From Methanothermus fervidus DSM 2088 (GTDB taxonomy: Archaea > Methanobacteriota > Methanobacteria > DSM-2088 > Methanothermaceae): a DNA stretch of 32,000 nucleotides. The position numbers and the translations under genes are program-made. Shown here in pieces: positions 30,094 to 32,000 of the stretch. Position 1 is the stretch's first letter. The number at the start of each line of letters is the position of its first letter. The notes below the pieces were generated by a model that was not told the origin of the DNA, ran no database searches, and saw nothing but the letters and a program-made list of their open reading frames with translations. The stretch spans positions 660,001 through 692,000 of the forward strand of contig CP002278.1 of the NCBI GenBank assembly GCA_000166095.1. The letters are read 5' to 3'.

Positions 30094-31905
30094 TTACGGA
30101 GCATAAAAAATCCACAATGAAGCAAAGATAATTGCTAAGGCAAAAATTACTGGTGCAACAATTTTACTTACAGCCACTGTAGAACTAATAGTAGATATAA
30201 GTTCTGTAGATGCTGTGGGTCCAAAGGTATTTAATCCTTCTATTCTTATGACTTTGCATCCAACTTCAACTGGTTCTAAATCAGAAATTGCATTTTTTAC
30301 AGACTTTATGATATATTCTATTATTTTTTTTCGATTTTTCATACCTACAGGATTGTAACCTCCAGATAAAGTGTTGACTGAATGTGTGTCAGTTGTCATT
30401 ATTTCTGCATCATCTACATAATTTTTTAATTTTTTTAAAATTTCTTCTCTAAAACCTTTTACCATATTATTTGAATCTAATAGTATATATGCAAATTTTT
30501 GATTATTGACTTTAGTTACCAGTGTTTTGATACCATCTTCTCCAATGCCTTCCTCTTTAGAAATGTCATTTGGCTTTATAGATGAACATCCAACCTCTAT
30601 TGGATATTTTTTAATATTACAGTCTATTTTTTCTATAGCGTCCATAATTTCAAACACTTCTTTATTTCCTGGGAGTATTCTAGCTGTTTCGTTGAAGGAA
30701 TTATGACAATCTACAATTATCACGTTTTTTGAATTACATTTTGCTTTTGCAAGATTCATAGCAGCAAGTCCAACACCAAAATCTATATCATCTGAGCCTT
30801 TTGGTGAAAAGGTTATTAATAACAATAAATCTTTGCCAAAAAACTGTCCTTTAATTTTGCAGTCTTTACTAGAAACTTTAAAAACTTTACTAGCATGTTT
30901 TGAATATTCTATCTTATTTATTTCTTGTTTGATAGCTTTCTCTATTTTATATATTTCTTTAGAGGATACAGGATTGAAATCATGTGTGGAAGGACCATGG
31001 GCAACCATAGTAAACGTATTAAAACGTTTTGACAACAATGCAGGCATGTTAGATCCACCTATTTTACCTATAGGTCCTGGGTGTACACAAGGAGTTATAA
31101 ACAATGCTTTCTTTTTATTTCTGGCTTTAAATGAAATTAGACCAACTAAAGTACTTACAGGTACTCCAATTTCTTTGAATACAGATTCTAACGCTGGTGA
31201 TTCTTCTGTGAGATGTGCTATTGCCATGCTTAATAATTCAAGTGCACCTATACCCAAATTTCTCCTTAAGGGGGATTCAACAACTAATACAAAAGAATAT
31301 ATGGCAAATAAAAATATTGCTGAAGCAATAATTATTTTTATGGAAAGAAGTAGTACACTTAAGTAGCCAACATTCATCGTTATAATATCTAAAAATTTTA
31401 AAATTACAAACATACTTACAATAAGGCCTGGTTGTACAGAACTTATAAGTAATGAATTAGATGCGTTTATATTTGACGTTGTCCATATTATGATCATCCT
31501 TATTGCAAAGACCAATACACAAGTAAAAATAAAAGCATTTAATACAACATCAACTTTAAATATTGCATATATACAACACCCTAAAAGATATATTATTGAT
31601 GATATCGTCATGGCGAAAAATGATAAAAACATGGACTGTTTCATTTTCATTCTTCTTCCACCAAGAGAATTAACCCATGGTTGTGTTATTGCACCACTTA
31701 TAATAGCTGAAACTCCAAAAACTAAAAATCCAAAGGTTCCACCATAAAGAATATTGTAGATAGGATTATGGGCAGTGTCGCAAATAATAAAACTAAGAAT
31801 TCCAATAACAAAACTCACAATTGTTATTGCTAAAAATGAAAATTTTGTATCTGGCAATGATAAAATATATTTTGAAAGATTTTTTATACTCTCCATACTT
31901 GACAT
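30094..31905 (-). CDS. DUF2070 family archaeal integral membrane protein
   Basis: 603 aa; N-terminal TM bundle, then FITPCVHPGPIGKIGGSNMPALLSKRF...VAHGPSTHDFNPVS...TTDTHSVNTLSGGYNPVG, C-terminal TM. Confidence 0.88.
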   Translation of the reverse strand: MSSMESIKNLSKYILSLPDTKFSFLAITIVSFVIGILSFIICDTAHNPIYNILYGGTFGFLVFGVSAIISGAITQPWVNSLGGRRMKMKQSMFLSFFAMTISSIIYLLGCCIYAIFKVDVVLNAFIFTCVLVFAIRMIIIWTTSNINASNSLLISSVQPGLIVSMFVILKFLDIITMNVGYLSVLLLSIKIIIASAIFLFAIYSFVLVVESPLRRNLGIGALELLSMAIAHLTEESPALESVFKEIGVPVSTLVGLISFKARNKKKALFITPCVHPGPIGKIGGSNMPALLSKRFNTFTMVAHGPSTHDFNPVSSKEIYKIEKAIKQEINKIEYSKHASKVFKVSSKDCKIKGQFFGKDLLLLITFSPKGSDDIDFGVGLAAMNLAKAKCNSKNVIIVDCHNSFNETARILPGNKEVFEIMDAIEKIDCNIKKYPIEVGCSSIKPNDISKEEGIGEDGIKTLVTKVNNQKFAYILLDSNNMVKGFREEILKKLKNYVDDAEIMTTDTHSVNTLSGGYNPVGMKNRKKIIEYIIKSVKNAISDLEPVEVGCKVIRIEGLNTFGPTASTELISTISSTVAVSKIVAPVIFALAIIFASLWIFYAP

Positions 31906-32000
31906 TTTTTCACATCCAATTTTTTAATTTCATGAAAAGACTGTTGAATAGATTTTTATCTAAAAGATATAATATTTTTGAATCCTGGTGAGAAAATGAA

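Noticed and set aside
30833-31366. 177-aa + ORF inside the DUF2070 gene
   Set aside because: Antisense shadow of conserved DUF2070 sequence; no recognisable motifs.
1-32000. tRNA or rRNA genes
   Set aside because: No tRNA-like cloverleaf with GTTCRA T-arm and no rRNA signatures recognised by eye; tRNAscan-SE/barrnap would be decisive.

Overview
AT-rich archaeal chromosomal segment, most likely from a euryarchaeal, F420-using lineage. It is gene-dense with tight gene overlaps. Genes supported by protein similarity judged by eye: rps17e, chorismate mutase, archaeal GHMP shikimate kinase, thioredoxin-like protein, cbiD, GT4 glycosyltransferase, moaC, Ski2/Hel308-like helicase, UPF0305/DUF2115, DUF2098, PRC-barrel, elp3, cofH, TadC-like pilus membrane protein plus class-III-signal pilin, (lact)aldehyde dehydrogenase, fdhA-fdhB, F420-dependent sulfite reductase (fsr), dihydroorotase (pyrC), FAH-family hydrolase, SAM methyltransferase, dphB, DUF6282-like, fumarase beta, EMC6-like membrane protein, archaeosine/TGT-related protein, dadD/mtaD-type deaminase, Csa3-like CARF-HTH regulator, GH130-type modules, and DUF2070. 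The most unusual signal is a pair of diverged inverted elements (A 18578-18944 on +, B 20206-20615 on -) that bracket pyrC exactly. Each has a matching 5' module with a strong TATA promoter and a matching 3' module resembling the degenerate tnpB 3' end / omegaRNA (reRNA) scaffold of IS605-family elements. The upstream element ends one base before the pyrC ATG, and the downstream one supplies the last codons of pyrC. Other points worth a look: fdhAB and fsr converge tail-to-tail; a GC-rich islet lies inside an 11-bp inverted repeat upstream of fsr; there is a frame break between tandem GH130 modules; and UPF0305 has an open reading extension without a canonical start. All family calls were made from memory without database searches.
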